DNA from: an uncultured Actinomycetota bacterium
GTDB lineage: Bacteria > Actinomycetota > Actinomycetes > Propionibacteriales > Propionibacteriaceae
NCBI GenBank assembly: GCA_963780175.1
Contig: CAWAAT010000001.1
Coordinates: 13,928 to 77,927 of the forward strand
DNA: 64,000 nt
Reading direction: 5' to 3'
Part shown: piece by piece, positions 31,261 through 41,127 of the stretch
Position numbering within the stretch: position 1 is the stretch's first letter
Layout: each line of letters begins with the position of its first letter
Notes under the pieces: generated by a model
Database searches by the model: none
What the model was told of the DNA's origin: nothing
Seen by the model: the letters and a program-made list of their open reading frames with translations, nothing else
Position numbers and translations under genes: made by a program

Positions 31261-32869
31261 ATGAACCCCGTCATCGTCGCGATCATCGGCTTGGTCGTTC
31301 TCGTCGTTCTCATCGGTCTGCTGGTTGCCAGCCGGTACAAGGTCGCCGGCCCAAACGAGGCCTTCATTGTCACCGGGCGCAAGGGCAAGGAGGTGCGCAA
31401 CCCGGAGACCGGCGAGATGTCCAGCGATCTCTCCGGGCCAGAAGGTCGTGATGGGTGGTGGCGTTTTTGTCATCCCGTTCATCCAGCGGCTGTTCATCAT
31501 GGACCTGTCCAGCAGGCGGATCTCGGTGACAATCCGTGGCGCTGTCTCAGGACAGGGAATCAAGCTCAACGTGGAGGGCGTGGCCATCGTCAAGGTGGGT
31601 GGCAACGAGGACTCGATCCGCGCGGCTGCGCAGCGCTTCCTCAGCCAGCAGGACGAGATCGAGACCTTCACCCAGGAGACCCTCGCCGGTTCGCTGCGCT
31701 CGATCGTCGGATCGTTGAGCGTTGAGCAGATCATCCGTGACCGGGCGGCGTTCGCTCAGCGAGTCGCCGACGAGGCGGAGGCCTCGCTGACCGGTCAGGG
31801 TCTGGTGCTCGACACGTTCCAGATTCAGGACATCACCGATGACGGCACGTACCTGAACGACCTGGGACGCCCGGAGGCGGCTCGAATTCAGCAGACCGCT
31901 GCCGTCGCCGAGGCGGTGGCACGCCAGGAGGCAGAGAACGCCCGCATCAACGCCCAGCAGTTGATCGCCATCCGCGAGCGCGAACTGCTGCTCAAGCAGG
32001 CCGAGATCAAGGCCGAGACCGACGCCGCCAACGCTCAGGCTGCAGCGGCCGGGCCGCTCGCCCAGGCCGATCGCGACCAGGCGATCCTCACCGAGCAGGA
32101 GAAGGTCGCCATCAGGCAGGCTGCACTGAAGGACCGCCAGCTCGACACCGAGGTCCGCAAGCCGGCCGACGCCGCCCGATACCGGCTGGAGACCGAGGCC
32201 GAGGCGCGCAAGAACTCCGCGATCTTCCAGGCGAACGCCGAGAAGGTCGCCGCGATCGCCCGGGCCGAGGGCGAGGCCGAGAAGGCACGACTCGTCGGCG
32301 TCGGTGAGAAGTCTCGTCGTACCGCGCTCGCCGAGGCCGAGGCCATCGAGGGTGCTCGTCGAGGTGAGGCCGAGAAGGCCCGCCGAGTCGCCGAAGCAGA
32401 CGCCGTCGCGCGCCGAAGGCGAGGCGAAGGCCGCCGCGATCCTGGCCACCGGGCAGGCCGAGGCCGAGGCGATGAACAAGAAGGCCGACGCCTACTGCCC
32501 ACTACAACGACGCCGCAGTCATCGAGATGCTGGTTTCGGTGCTGCCGCTGATGGCCGAGAAGGTGGCCGCTCCGATGAGCGCGATCGACACGCTCACCGT
32601 GATCTCCACCGACGGTGCCGGACAATTGCCGAAGCAGGTGACCAACGGCAGTCGTCCAGACCTTCCAGCTGCTCAAGGACGCCGCCGGCATCGACCTGAG
32701 CGCAGTTGGCGAGCCGCTACGTCAGCAACGCGGCGCGTCAGCCGGGACCACGCTCCCAGGCCAGACGCACACAGCTCTGCTCCGGAAGCGTCGAGGCCGA
32801 AGCCCGGATCGGGCCTGGCGGCTCGGGCGCCGACGTCGGTTCAGGCCTGGCCTCCGTACTGCGAGGTAG
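31261..32869 (+). pseudogene. floT: flotillin (SPFH/band-7, FloT/YuaG-like) interrupted by at least four single-base frameshifts
   Basis: Flotillin N-terminus (MNPVIVAIIGLVVLVVL..SRYKVAGPNEAFIVTGRKG) is in frame 1. The SPFH core (GQKVVMGGGVFVIPFIQ...GIKLNVEGVAIVKVG) is in frame 2. The AEA-rich coiled coil (AEGEAKAAAILATGQAEAEAMNKKADAY) is in frame 0. The C-terminus (AHYNDAAVIEMLVSVLPLMAEKVAAP...) is back in frame 1, then VVQTFQLLKDAAGIDLS in frame 2. Shifts lie near 31437, 32411, 32496 and 32651. Confidence 0.75.
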
Positions 32870-34096
32870 AGCCAGTAGATCAGGGCGACCAGCAGTAGCC
32901 CCAGTAGCTACGGCGAAAGTGATCTTGACGACGCTCCAGGGACGCTGACCCTGGACCTCGCCGGTGACACCGTTGATGACGACCTGGAAGGGCTTGGCCT
33001 TGTAGGTGACGGTGAGCATCCAGACCGGCAGGACGAGTTGGCTGAACCGCACCATCAGCCAGGAGATCTGGCGCGAGGTGATCTGTTGGGCATTGCCGCC
33101 GATGTCGGCCCTGATCGTGGAGTCGATCACGTCCTCCATACGCGGGACGACCCGGTCACGGAAGACCTGCTCGGCGTCCGAGTCATAGGTGCGGCTCAGG
33201 TGGCCGGCCACGAACTGGGGTGAGTACTGGTGGGTGTACTCCATCGGCCAGGGTTCCAGCTGGGTGATCTTGTCATCGTCGAGGCCGTCACTGGCGTGGC
33301 CGGTGACGTCCTCAAAGCTGTTGTTGACCACTCCGGCGGCCGGGTACCAGTCGGTCACGATGCGGGTGGCGATCTTGCCGTCCGAGGTCCGATAGGTCTC
33401 GGTGCGGTGAATACCGCGCAGACCCGTGTACCTCGTCGTGGTGGCCGCGTCGTAGCTGAAGTAGGGCAGGTAGATGCTGGTGAAGCTGCCGACTTCGCGG
33501 TACTTCTTGAACGCGTTCGGGGCGAATCGACGACTGTTGATCCACTGCTCGATCCGTTGCTCGGCCGTCGACCGGCTGACCCGCAGGGGCAGCAGCCCGT
33601 CGATCGGCAGGCGAGTGGGTGCGTCGTGGACGTCGTCGCGCTGGATCGGGGTGTTGCAGTAGGGGCAACGCAGGGCGGTCAACGTGCCGGAGAAGACGGT
33701 GTGGCCGCCGCAGTTCTGGCAGACAATCTCCTTGTCTCCCGACACCTGGGTGCTCGCGTTGGCCTGGAGCTCGGCGAGTTCGGCCATGGCCGAACTCAGA
33801 TCACGCTTGGGTATGGGTGTCGGTTGGGCCACCTCGGAGGCGATGGGGACAACGGTGCCGCAGCTCAGGCACTTGAGCGCCTGGGTATCGGCGTCAAAGG
33901 CCAGAACACCACCGCAGGACGGGCACGGGTAGGTCCGGGTCTGCTCGGTGACGTGCAGCATGGCCGGATCGGGCAGTGGACCAGGGTCGGGCAAGGGCCC
34001 GGGGACGCCTGACCAAGCCTCGTCCCCGCCGCCCTTGCCAGGCAGCGGGAACCGTGCCCGCCCGTCACCATTGGCTGGGAGGGGCTCGTGTGACAT
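32723..34096 (-). CDS. YdjG-like protein with two zinc ribbons and a C-terminal transmembrane anchor, with an apparent frameshift near 32908
   Basis: Two Cys4 ribbons (CPSCGG...CLSCG and CQNCGG...CPYCN). A large soluble domain. The C-terminal transmembrane helix LLGLLLVALIYWLYLAV is only recovered after a 1-base frame correction following ...WSVVKITFA. Confidence 0.6.
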
Positions 34097-34102
34097 GGCT
34101 GG

Positions 34103-35269
34103 CTAGGCGTTGTCCGAGTCGGATGGTGCGGGGGTCACGCCGGCCTGGCCGGGCAGTGGCGGCGGGGAGACGAACAGCATCCGCAGGGCCGGCACCTGGG
34201 CCGCGGGCATCCAGCCTGCCTGGCCAGCGCTCCAGACCAGCGTGTGGGTGGTGAGCTGACCGTTCTCGACCATGCCGCGCAGCTGACCTAGGTTGTACGG
34301 ACCTGCCGCTGACCCACCGATCTCGATGTGGAACGTCTGGCTGTCCTGCAGCAGCGGCGGTGGGGTCTGCTGGGCCTGCTGGTTGGCCTGATTGGCCTGG
34401 TTCGTCATCTGCTGGGCCATCGCCCAGCCCATGCCGGCGCCCATCATGTCGCCCATGCCGCTGCCGGACGGGTTGTTGGCGGCCGCGGTCATCGCGTCAG
34501 CCTGCTTGGCGCGCTGGTAGCGGTCGAGGTCGTTGAGCTGGTTCATCCAGCCCGCCTCCTCGACACCCTTGGCGACACCTCGTGTCATCGCCTGGGTGAT
34601 CTCGTCGGGCAGCGAGACGTTCATGGTGATCGACTGGATGGCCAGGCCGAACTCGTCGTCCACCCTCGGTGCCACCACCGAGCGTAGCTTCTCGGACAGC
34701 TCGGCCTGTTTGCCCTGCAGCTCGATGGCACCCAGGCCGGTCTGCATGATCATGTCGGAGAAGGCCTGGCTGATCTCGCGACGCAGCAGTTCGGTGATCT
34801 CCTCGACCCCGACATTGGAGTCGGTGCCGATGACCTGGCGCAGGAAGATGACCGGGTCGAACACCCGCACGACGCACAGGCCGTTGGCCCGCACCTGCAC
34901 CATGCCGAAGTCTGGGTCGCGGATGGTGATCGGGTTCGGGGTGCCCCACCGCAGGTCGGTGACCGGGCGGGTGTTGACGAAGTACACCTCCGAACGGAAG
35001 GGGCTGTTGAAGCCGAACTGCCAGCCCTGAAGGGTCGACATGATCGGCAGGTTCTGGGTGTTCAGGGTGTAGGTGCCGGGCCCGAACGTGTCTGCCAGTT
35101 GGCCTTGGTGCACGAAGATGGCCATCTGGCCCTCGCGCACGATGAGCTGGGCGCCCTGCTTGATCTCGTTCTGGTAGCGGGGGAACCGCCAGGCCAGCAG
35201 GGTGCGGGAGTCCTCGAGCCACTCGATGATGTCGACGAGTTCGCCACGGAGTTTGTCCATCAGGCCCAT
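34103..35269 (-). CDS. SPFH/band-7 domain protein (YdjI-like) with C-terminal DUF4339/GYF-like domain
   Basis: 389 aa from ATG 35269 (MGLMDKLRGELVDIIEWLED...). SPFH core. Gln/Asn/Met-rich linker. C-terminal TFHIEIGGSAAGPYNLGQLRGMVENGQLT..TLVWSAGQAGWMPAAQVPAL motif. The upstream ORF extension to 35773 does not look like protein. Confidence 0.7.
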   Translation of the reverse strand: MGLMDKLRGELVDIIEWLEDSRTLLAWRFPRYQNEIKQGAQLIVREGQMAIFVHQGQLADTFGPGTYTLNTQNLPIMSTLQGWQFGFNSPFRSEVYFVNTRPVTDLRWGTPNPITIRDPDFGMVQVRANGLCVVRVFDPVIFLRQVIGTDSNVGVEEITELLRREISQAFSDMIMQTGLGAIELQGKQAELSEKLRSVVAPRVDDEFGLAIQSITMNVSLPDEITQAMTRGVAKGVEEAGWMNQLNDLDRYQRAKQADAMTAAANNPSGSGMGDMMGAGMGWAMAQQMTNQANQANQQAQQTPPPLLQDSQTFHIEIGGSAAGPYNLGQLRGMVENGQLTTHTLVWSAGQAGWMPAAQVPALRMLFVSPPPLPGQAGVTPAPSDSDNA

Positions 35270-35693
35270 GGTGTGCACCTTTCGATTCGGAAGACTACCT
35301 ACCCCAGAGGATACGGCACCTCTGGGCGACCCGAAACGATCGTGCCGACTTTCCTGCGCGGACGCTTGGTTGCTCGGCATGATCGAGAGGCGGTGCTGTG
35401 GAGGTGGGTCGCGCGGCCAACCCAGACGACTGTGTCTGTCCCAGTCCGGACCATGGCCAGGGTGCGCGTCCGCTGGCGCTGTTACCCGCCCCAGCACGTC
35501 GTGTGGCAGCGCTGCGCTGCTCGCCCAGCTCACCACGACGGCCCAGCAGGCTGGCATGACGCCGAACGTGCGCTGCGCGATCACTGGGCAACCAGAACCC
35601 TTCTGGAACTGGCTGCAGGTGGGCTGCGACGCGTCCAACGACTTCTGCGACCCGGCACCCTTCGCCACCTGAGTGGCCTGCCACGTCGGGCCA

Positions 35694-35759
35694 CCAGCCG
35701 CTCCCAAAGAGACCAGCCGCTCCCGAACAATCGGGAGCGGCTGGTCCTTTTGGGAGCGG
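35694..35759. terminator. nested palindrome, the likely leuB terminator (36-bp perfect inverted repeat inside a larger imperfect one)
   Basis: GACCAGCCGCTCCCGA-acaa-TCGGGAGCGGCTGGTC (35711-35746), flanked by CCGCTCCCAAAGAG and CTTTTGGGAGCGG. It lies 70 bp downstream of the leuB stop on the minus strand. Confidence 0.6.
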
Positions 35760-35830
35760 GAGGGGGAAGGCATCCACGTAGCGCGGACGCCGGAGCCGGC
35801 GGTCAGCCAGCCAGGCGCGCCGCGATGGCG

Positions 35831-36872
35831 TCACCGATCTCGCTGGTCGAGCGCCTGGCCGCACCGCGCTCGCGAGATGTCGGCGGTGACCGCCCCCTCG
35901 ATGCGGGCGGCGTCCTCGTGGCGTCCCAGGTGCTCCAGCAGCAGCGCCATGGACGAGATCGCCGCGGTCGGGTCGGCGATTCCCTGACCGGCGATATCGG
36001 GCGCCGAGCCGTGCACCGGCTCGAACATGGACGGGAACGTGCGCGCGGTGTTGATGTTGGCGCTCGGCGCCAGCCCGATGCCACCGGTGACCGCGGCAGC
36101 CTCGTCGGTGATGATGTCGCCGAACAGGTTGTCGGTGACGATCACGTCGAAACGCGCCGGATCGGTCACCAGGTGAATGGTTGCGGCGTCGATGTGCAGG
36201 TAGTCGGTGGCGACCTCGGGAAACTCCACGGCGACCTGGTTGAACACCCGGTTCCACAGTCCGCCGGCGTTGACCAGCACGTTGTGCTTGTGCAGCAGCG
36301 TCAGCTTGTGGCGGCGGTGCATCGCCAACTCGAAGGCGTAACGCACCACGCGCTCCACACCCATCGCGGTGTTGACGCTCACCTCGGTGGCCACCTCGTC
36401 CGCGGTGCCCTTGCGCAGCGTCCCCCCGTTGCCGGCGTACAGGCCCTCGGTGCCTTCGCGGACGACGACGAAGTCGACCTGCTTGCCCTCGGTGACCCAG
36501 TCGGCCAGCGGGCTACGAACCCCGGGATAGATCCGCGAGGGACGCAGGTTGACGTCCTGGTCGAACGCGAAACGCAGCTTCAGCAGCAGGCCGCGTTCCA
36601 GCAACCCGCTGGGGATCGTGGTGCTGCCGGGGGCAGCCCCGACCGCTCCGAGGATGATGGCGTCGTGGCCGGCCAAGTTCGGCCAGCGTGTCATCGTTGA
36701 GCACCTCGCCGGTGGCCAACCAGTGCTCTGCGCCGAGGGAGTAGTGGGTGAAACCGAAGGCGTCCGCTCCGATGGTCGCGGTGAGCACCTTGAGTGCCTC
36801 TGCCACGACTTCGGGGCCGATGCCGTCCCCGGGGATGACGGCGATGGAGGGGCGAACGGGCTCAGCAGTCAT
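35831..36872 (-). CDS. leuB: 3-isopropylmalate dehydrogenase, with an apparent +1 frameshift near 36672
   Basis: The N-terminus [23 protein letters not shown]... is in the ORF 36513-36989. The rest ([12 protein letters not shown]...NLRP...LAPSANIN) is in the ORF 35831-36694. The join is at GAACTTGGCCGGCCAC, where one extra G is present. Confidence 0.85.
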
Positions 36873-36987
36873 GGGCGGAACCATATCGGTTGAAGGGCCG
36901 GAGCCCGGTCTGGTCTCATCACCCTGGGCGGGCTCACGATGTGCCCCTGACCCGGCACAGGGGAGGACCGGCACTAAGGTTGTCGGC

Positions 36988-38071
36988 ATGGCGCTGACCT
37001 TCGATCGTCCTGAGAATCCGAGCTACCTGGGTGCCGACGTCATCGCCGGTATCTGGCAGGACCCCGGCTTCGGCAACTACTTCACCGACCACATGGCGGT
37101 GGCGAGCTGGGACAAGCAGTCCGGCTGGCACAACGACCGGCTGGTCAACTACGCGCCGATCTCGATGGACCCGGCCGGGGCCGTCTACCACTACGCGCAG
37201 GAGATCTTCGAGGGACTCAAGGCCTACCGGCACGCCGACGGCTCGGTGTGGCTGTTCCGGCCCGAAGCCAACGCGGCTCGCTTCCAGCGCTCGGCCCACC
37301 GACTGGCGCTGCCCGAACTGCCCACAGAGGACTTCGTCACGTCCGTGCGTCAACTGGTGAGCGTGGACGAGCGCTGGGTGCCCGGCGGTGAGGAGCAGAG
37401 CCTCTACCTGCGCCCGTTCATGATGGCCAGCGAGAACTTCCTCGGTGTGCGTCCGGCCCACTCGGTGGTCTACTGCCTGATCGCCAGCCCGGTCGGCGCC
37501 TACTTCTCGGGTGGGGTCGCCCCGGTGAACATCTGGGTGAGCACCGAGTACAGCCGGGTCGCCAATGGCGGCACCGGATCGGCCAAGTGCGGCGGCAACT
37601 ACGCCGCGTCCCTGCTGCCCCAGGAACTTGCCTACCAGCAGGGCTGCAGCCAGGTGCTGTTCGTGGACGCCGCAGAGCGGCGTTGGGTCGAAGAACTTGG
37701 TGGCATGAACTTCTTCATGATCACCGCCGACGACCAGTTGGTCACCCCCGAACTCAACGGCAACATCCTGCCCGGCGTCACCCGCGACTCGGTGCTCACC
37801 GTCGCCCCCGAGATGGGCCTGGAGCCGATCGAACGTCCGATTGCCCTCGAGCGAGGTGCTGGCCGGTATCGAGGACGGCTCCATCCGCGAGTTGTTCGCC
37901 TGCGGGACGGCGGCGGTCATCACACCGATCGGATCGTTGAAGCTCGGCGATCGGCACTACGAACTCGACGTTCAACGGTCCACCCACACCATCCCGATGC
38001 GCAACCGGCTGCTCGACATCCAGTACGGCCGCATCTCCGACTCCAACGGTTGGATGCAACGGGTCTGCTGA
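36988..38071 (+). CDS. ilvE: branched-chain amino acid aminotransferase, with an apparent +1 frameshift near 37857
   Basis: [23 protein letters not shown]... runs to ...ERPIALE in frame 1. The conserved C-terminus [27 protein letters not shown] is in frame 2 (ORF 37841-38071). Confidence 0.85.
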
Positions 38072-38187
38072 GCGCTGCGGTCGGCGTCCAACGGACGAGA
38101 CCCCACCAAGATCGGCCGCTGTTTCAGCGACGATGGACGAGGGGCGTGCGCACGGCACGCCAGCCGCGGCCGAGTTTTGGAGGTCAC

Positions 38188-39789
38188 ATGCCCGCGATGC
38201 CGGTGATGCCCGAGCAGTTCCACCTGTATGACACGACCCTGCGTGACGGGGCCCAGCAGGAGGGCATTCACCTGTCGGTCGACGACAAGCTCCGCATCGC
38301 CCGCTATCTCGACGAACTCGGTGTCACCTTCATCGAAGGTGGCTGGCCGGGAGCCAACCCGGCCGATACCGAGTTCTTCGCCCGTGCCCGAGACGAACTC
38401 CACCTCGACCGTGCTCGTCTGGTGGCTTTCGGGGCGACCCGCAAGGTGGGGGACCGGGCGGCGGCAGATCCGCAGGTGAAGGGGCTGGTGGACGCCGGCA
38501 CCGACTACATCTGTCTGGTTGCCAAGTCGCACGACGCTCACGTGTTCGAGGCGCTGAAGACCACCCTCGAAGAGAATCTGGCGATGATCGAGGACACGGT
38601 CAGCTATCTGGTGTCGCTCGGCAAACGGGTCTTCGTCGACTGCGAGCACTTCTTCGACGGCTACCGCGCCAATCCCGGCTACGCGCTCGACGTCATCAGG
38701 ACCGCAGCTGAGGCCGGCGCCGAGGTGGTCATCCTGTGTGACACCAACGGCGGCATGGTGCCCAGCTGGATGGCGGACGTGGTGTCGTCGGCAGCCCAGA
38801 TCGGTGTCGATCTGGGGGTGCACTGCCACAACGATTCGGGCTGCGCGATCGCCAACTCGCTGGCCGCCATCGACGCGGGCGTGATGCACGTCCAGGGCAC
38901 CATCAACGGCTACGGCGAGCGCACCGGCAACATGGACCTCACGACGATGATCGCCGACCTGCAGCTCAAGTACGGTTGGCCGCTGCTGGCACCCGAGCAG
39001 CTGGGCGAACTCACCAGAATCAGTTACGCGGTGGCTGATCGGGCCAACCAGCCCCATCAGGCCCGCCAGCCGTACGTCGGAGGCTCCGCGTTCGCGCACA
39101 AGGCCGGCCTGCACGCCAGCGCCATCCGGGTGAACGAAGACCTGTACCAGCACATCCGCCCGCAGCTCGTCGGCAACGACATGCGGATGCTGATCAGCAA
39201 CATGGCGGGCCGGGCCAGCGTCCAGATCAAGGGCGACCAGCTCGGTCTCGACCTGAGCGATCGTGACTTCGCAGGTCAGGTCACCGATGTGATCAAGCAG
39301 CGCGAGGCGGAGGGGTACTCCTTCGAGGCCGCGGACGCGTCCTTCGAGCTGCTGGTGCGCTCGCTGAACGGGGAGTTGGCGGAGCCGTTCAAGGTGCTCA
39401 GCTGGCGGGTCTTCACCGAGGACGTGGTGGGGCAGCCATCGGCGGACAACTCCGAGGCCACCGTCAAACTGATCGCCAAGGGCGAGAAGTTCGGTGTCAT
39501 CGGTGAGGGCAACGGCCCGGTGAACGCGCTGGGTGATGCGCTGGTGAGGGCTTTGACTCCGGTCTACCCGCAGGTGGTTGGCTACGAGCTGACCGACTAC
39601 CGGGTGCGGATCCTGGACGAGGGACGCGGCACCGACGCCACCGTCCGCGTCCTGATCGACACCAGCGACGGCGAGCACGGCTGGACGACGGTCGGGGTCG
39701 GTACCAACGTCATCGAGGCCTCGTGGGAGGCCCTGTCCGAAGCGTACCTGTATGGGCTGATCAAGGGTTACGGGGCCGCTCAGGCCTGA
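38188..39789 (+). CDS. LeuA/CimA-family 2-isopropylmalate or citramalate synthase, short form
   Basis: 533 aa. Ribosome-binding site GGAGGTCAC before the ATG. LYDTTLRDGAQ, HCHND and a LeuA-dimer-like C-terminus. It is in the same frame as ilvE with no intervening stop, which produces the 1013-aa ORF artefact 36748-39789. Confidence 0.8.
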   Translation: MPAMPVMPEQFHLYDTTLRDGAQQEGIHLSVDDKLRIARYLDELGVTFIEGGWPGANPADTEFFARARDELHLDRARLVAFGATRKVGDRAAADPQVKGLVDAGTDYICLVAKSHDAHVFEALKTTLEENLAMIEDTVSYLVSLGKRVFVDCEHFFDGYRANPGYALDVIRTAAEAGAEVVILCDTNGGMVPSWMADVVSSAAQIGVDLGVHCHNDSGCAIANSLAAIDAGVMHVQGTINGYGERTGNMDLTTMIADLQLKYGWPLLAPEQLGELTRISYAVADRANQPHQARQPYVGGSAFAHKAGLHASAIRVNEDLYQHIRPQLVGNDMRMLISNMAGRASVQIKGDQLGLDLSDRDFAGQVTDVIKQREAEGYSFEAADASFELLVRSLNGELAEPFKVLSWRVFTEDVVGQPSADNSEATVKLIAKGEKFGVIGEGNGPVNALGDALVRALTPVYPQVVGYELTDYRVRILDEGRGTDATVRVLIDTSDGEHGWTTVGVGTNVIEASWEALSEAYLYGLIKGYGAAQA

Positions 39790-41091
39790 GAGCGACGAGG
39801 ACGCCCGGCGCCCCCTTCCAGCCGGTCGATGATCAGGGGCGTGGGGCAGGGCGCCTCGTCTGCGATGGTGATGCCAGCGACCAGCGCCTCCCGCGCGGAG
39901 GCGAACGCGTCCGGGGTGTCGGTGTGCAGGCGCAGCAAGAACTGTCCCATGACGACCCGGTCACCCGGCCGGACGAGCAATTCGATGCCCGCGCCTGCCT
40001 GCACCGCGTCATCCTTGCGCGCCCGGCCTGCGCCCAACCGCCAGGACGCCAGACCTATCGACATCGCGTCCATGCCGGCGACCACGCCGCCTCGTTCAGC
40101 GGTGAGGACGTCGTTGTGCCTGGCGACCGGCAGCGGTGCGTCGGGGTCGCCACCCTGGGCGCTGATCATTCGACGCCAGCTGTCCATGGCCTTGCCGGAT
40201 GACAGCACCTGCCCGGGGTCGGCGTCCAGCCCGGCCAGCTGGACCATCTCGTTCGCCAGCGCGACGGTGAGCGCGACCACGTCAGCTGGTCCACCGCCGG
40301 CCAGCACCTCGACCGACTCGCGTACCTCCAGGGCGTTGCCCACGGTCAGTCCCAGCGGGGTGCTCATGTCGGTGAGCAGGGCCACCATGTTCACACCCGC
40401 GGCCTCACCGAGGCGCACCATCCGTAGGGCGAGTTCACGGGCGTCGACAAGGTTCTTCATGAAGGCGCCTGTGCCGACTTTGACGTCAAGTACGAGGGCG
40501 TCGGCACCCTCGGCGATCTTCTTGCTCATGATCGAACTGGCGATCAGCGGGATCGACTCCACGGTGCCGGTGACATCGCGCAGAGCGTAGAGCTTGCGAT
40601 CGGCCGGGGCGAGCCCGCTGCCGGCGGCGCAGATGACGGCCCCCACCTGCTTGAGCTGCGTCCAGACCTCGTCGTTGCTGAGGGCAGCCCGCCAGCCGGG
40701 GATCGACTCCAGCTTGTCGAGGGTGCCGCCCGTGTGCCCGAGCCCGCGTCCCGACAGCTGCGGCACCGCGGCCCCGCACGCCGCGACCAATGGAGCCAGC
40801 GGCAGGGTTATCTTGTCGCCCACCCCACCCGTGGAGTGCTTGTCGACGGTGGGACGCCCCAGGTTCGGGTAGTGCAGCCGTTCACCGGTCTCGATCATCG
40901 CGGTGGTCCAGGCCGACAGCTCCTCGTCGGTCATACCTTGGAAGTAGATGGCCATCGCCATGGCCGACATCTGCTCGTCGGCCACCTGAGAGTCGGTGTA
41001 GGCCCGCAGCAGCCACCGGATGGCCGCCCCATCCAGCGCGCGACCGTCCCGTCTTCGCCCTGATCAGCTCCACCGCACTGAAGGCACCCAT
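39780..41091 (-). CDS. deoA: thymidine/pyrimidine-nucleoside phosphorylase, with an apparent frameshift near 41054
   Basis: HSTGGVGDK and the phosphorylase core are intact in ORF 39780-40985. The N-terminus MGAFSAVELIRAK(R)DGRALDGAAIRWLLRAYTDSQVADEQM needs a 1-base correction at AAGACGG. Confidence 0.8.
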
Positions 41092-41127
41092 GGCAATCAG
41101 TATGGTCTCGGCCACTAGACTCGCGGC

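Noticed and set aside
34103-35773. N-terminal 168-aa extension of the SPFH ORF (start at 35773)
   Set aside because: The extension has a Pro/Ser/Gln-rich composition that does not look like protein. The internal ATG at 35269 is preceded by a GAAAGG ribosome-binding site and begins the conserved SPFH N-terminus.
35099-36700. 533-aa plus-strand ORF spanning the SPFH leader and leuB
   Set aside because: Antisense to leuB. No recognisable domain.
36748-39789. 1013-aa ORF suggesting an aminotransferase-synthase fusion
   Set aside because: This is an artefact. The frameshifted 3' part of ilvE, a stop-free intergenic spacer and the LeuA/CimA-like gene happen to share a frame. The synthase has its own ribosome-binding site and ATG at 38188.
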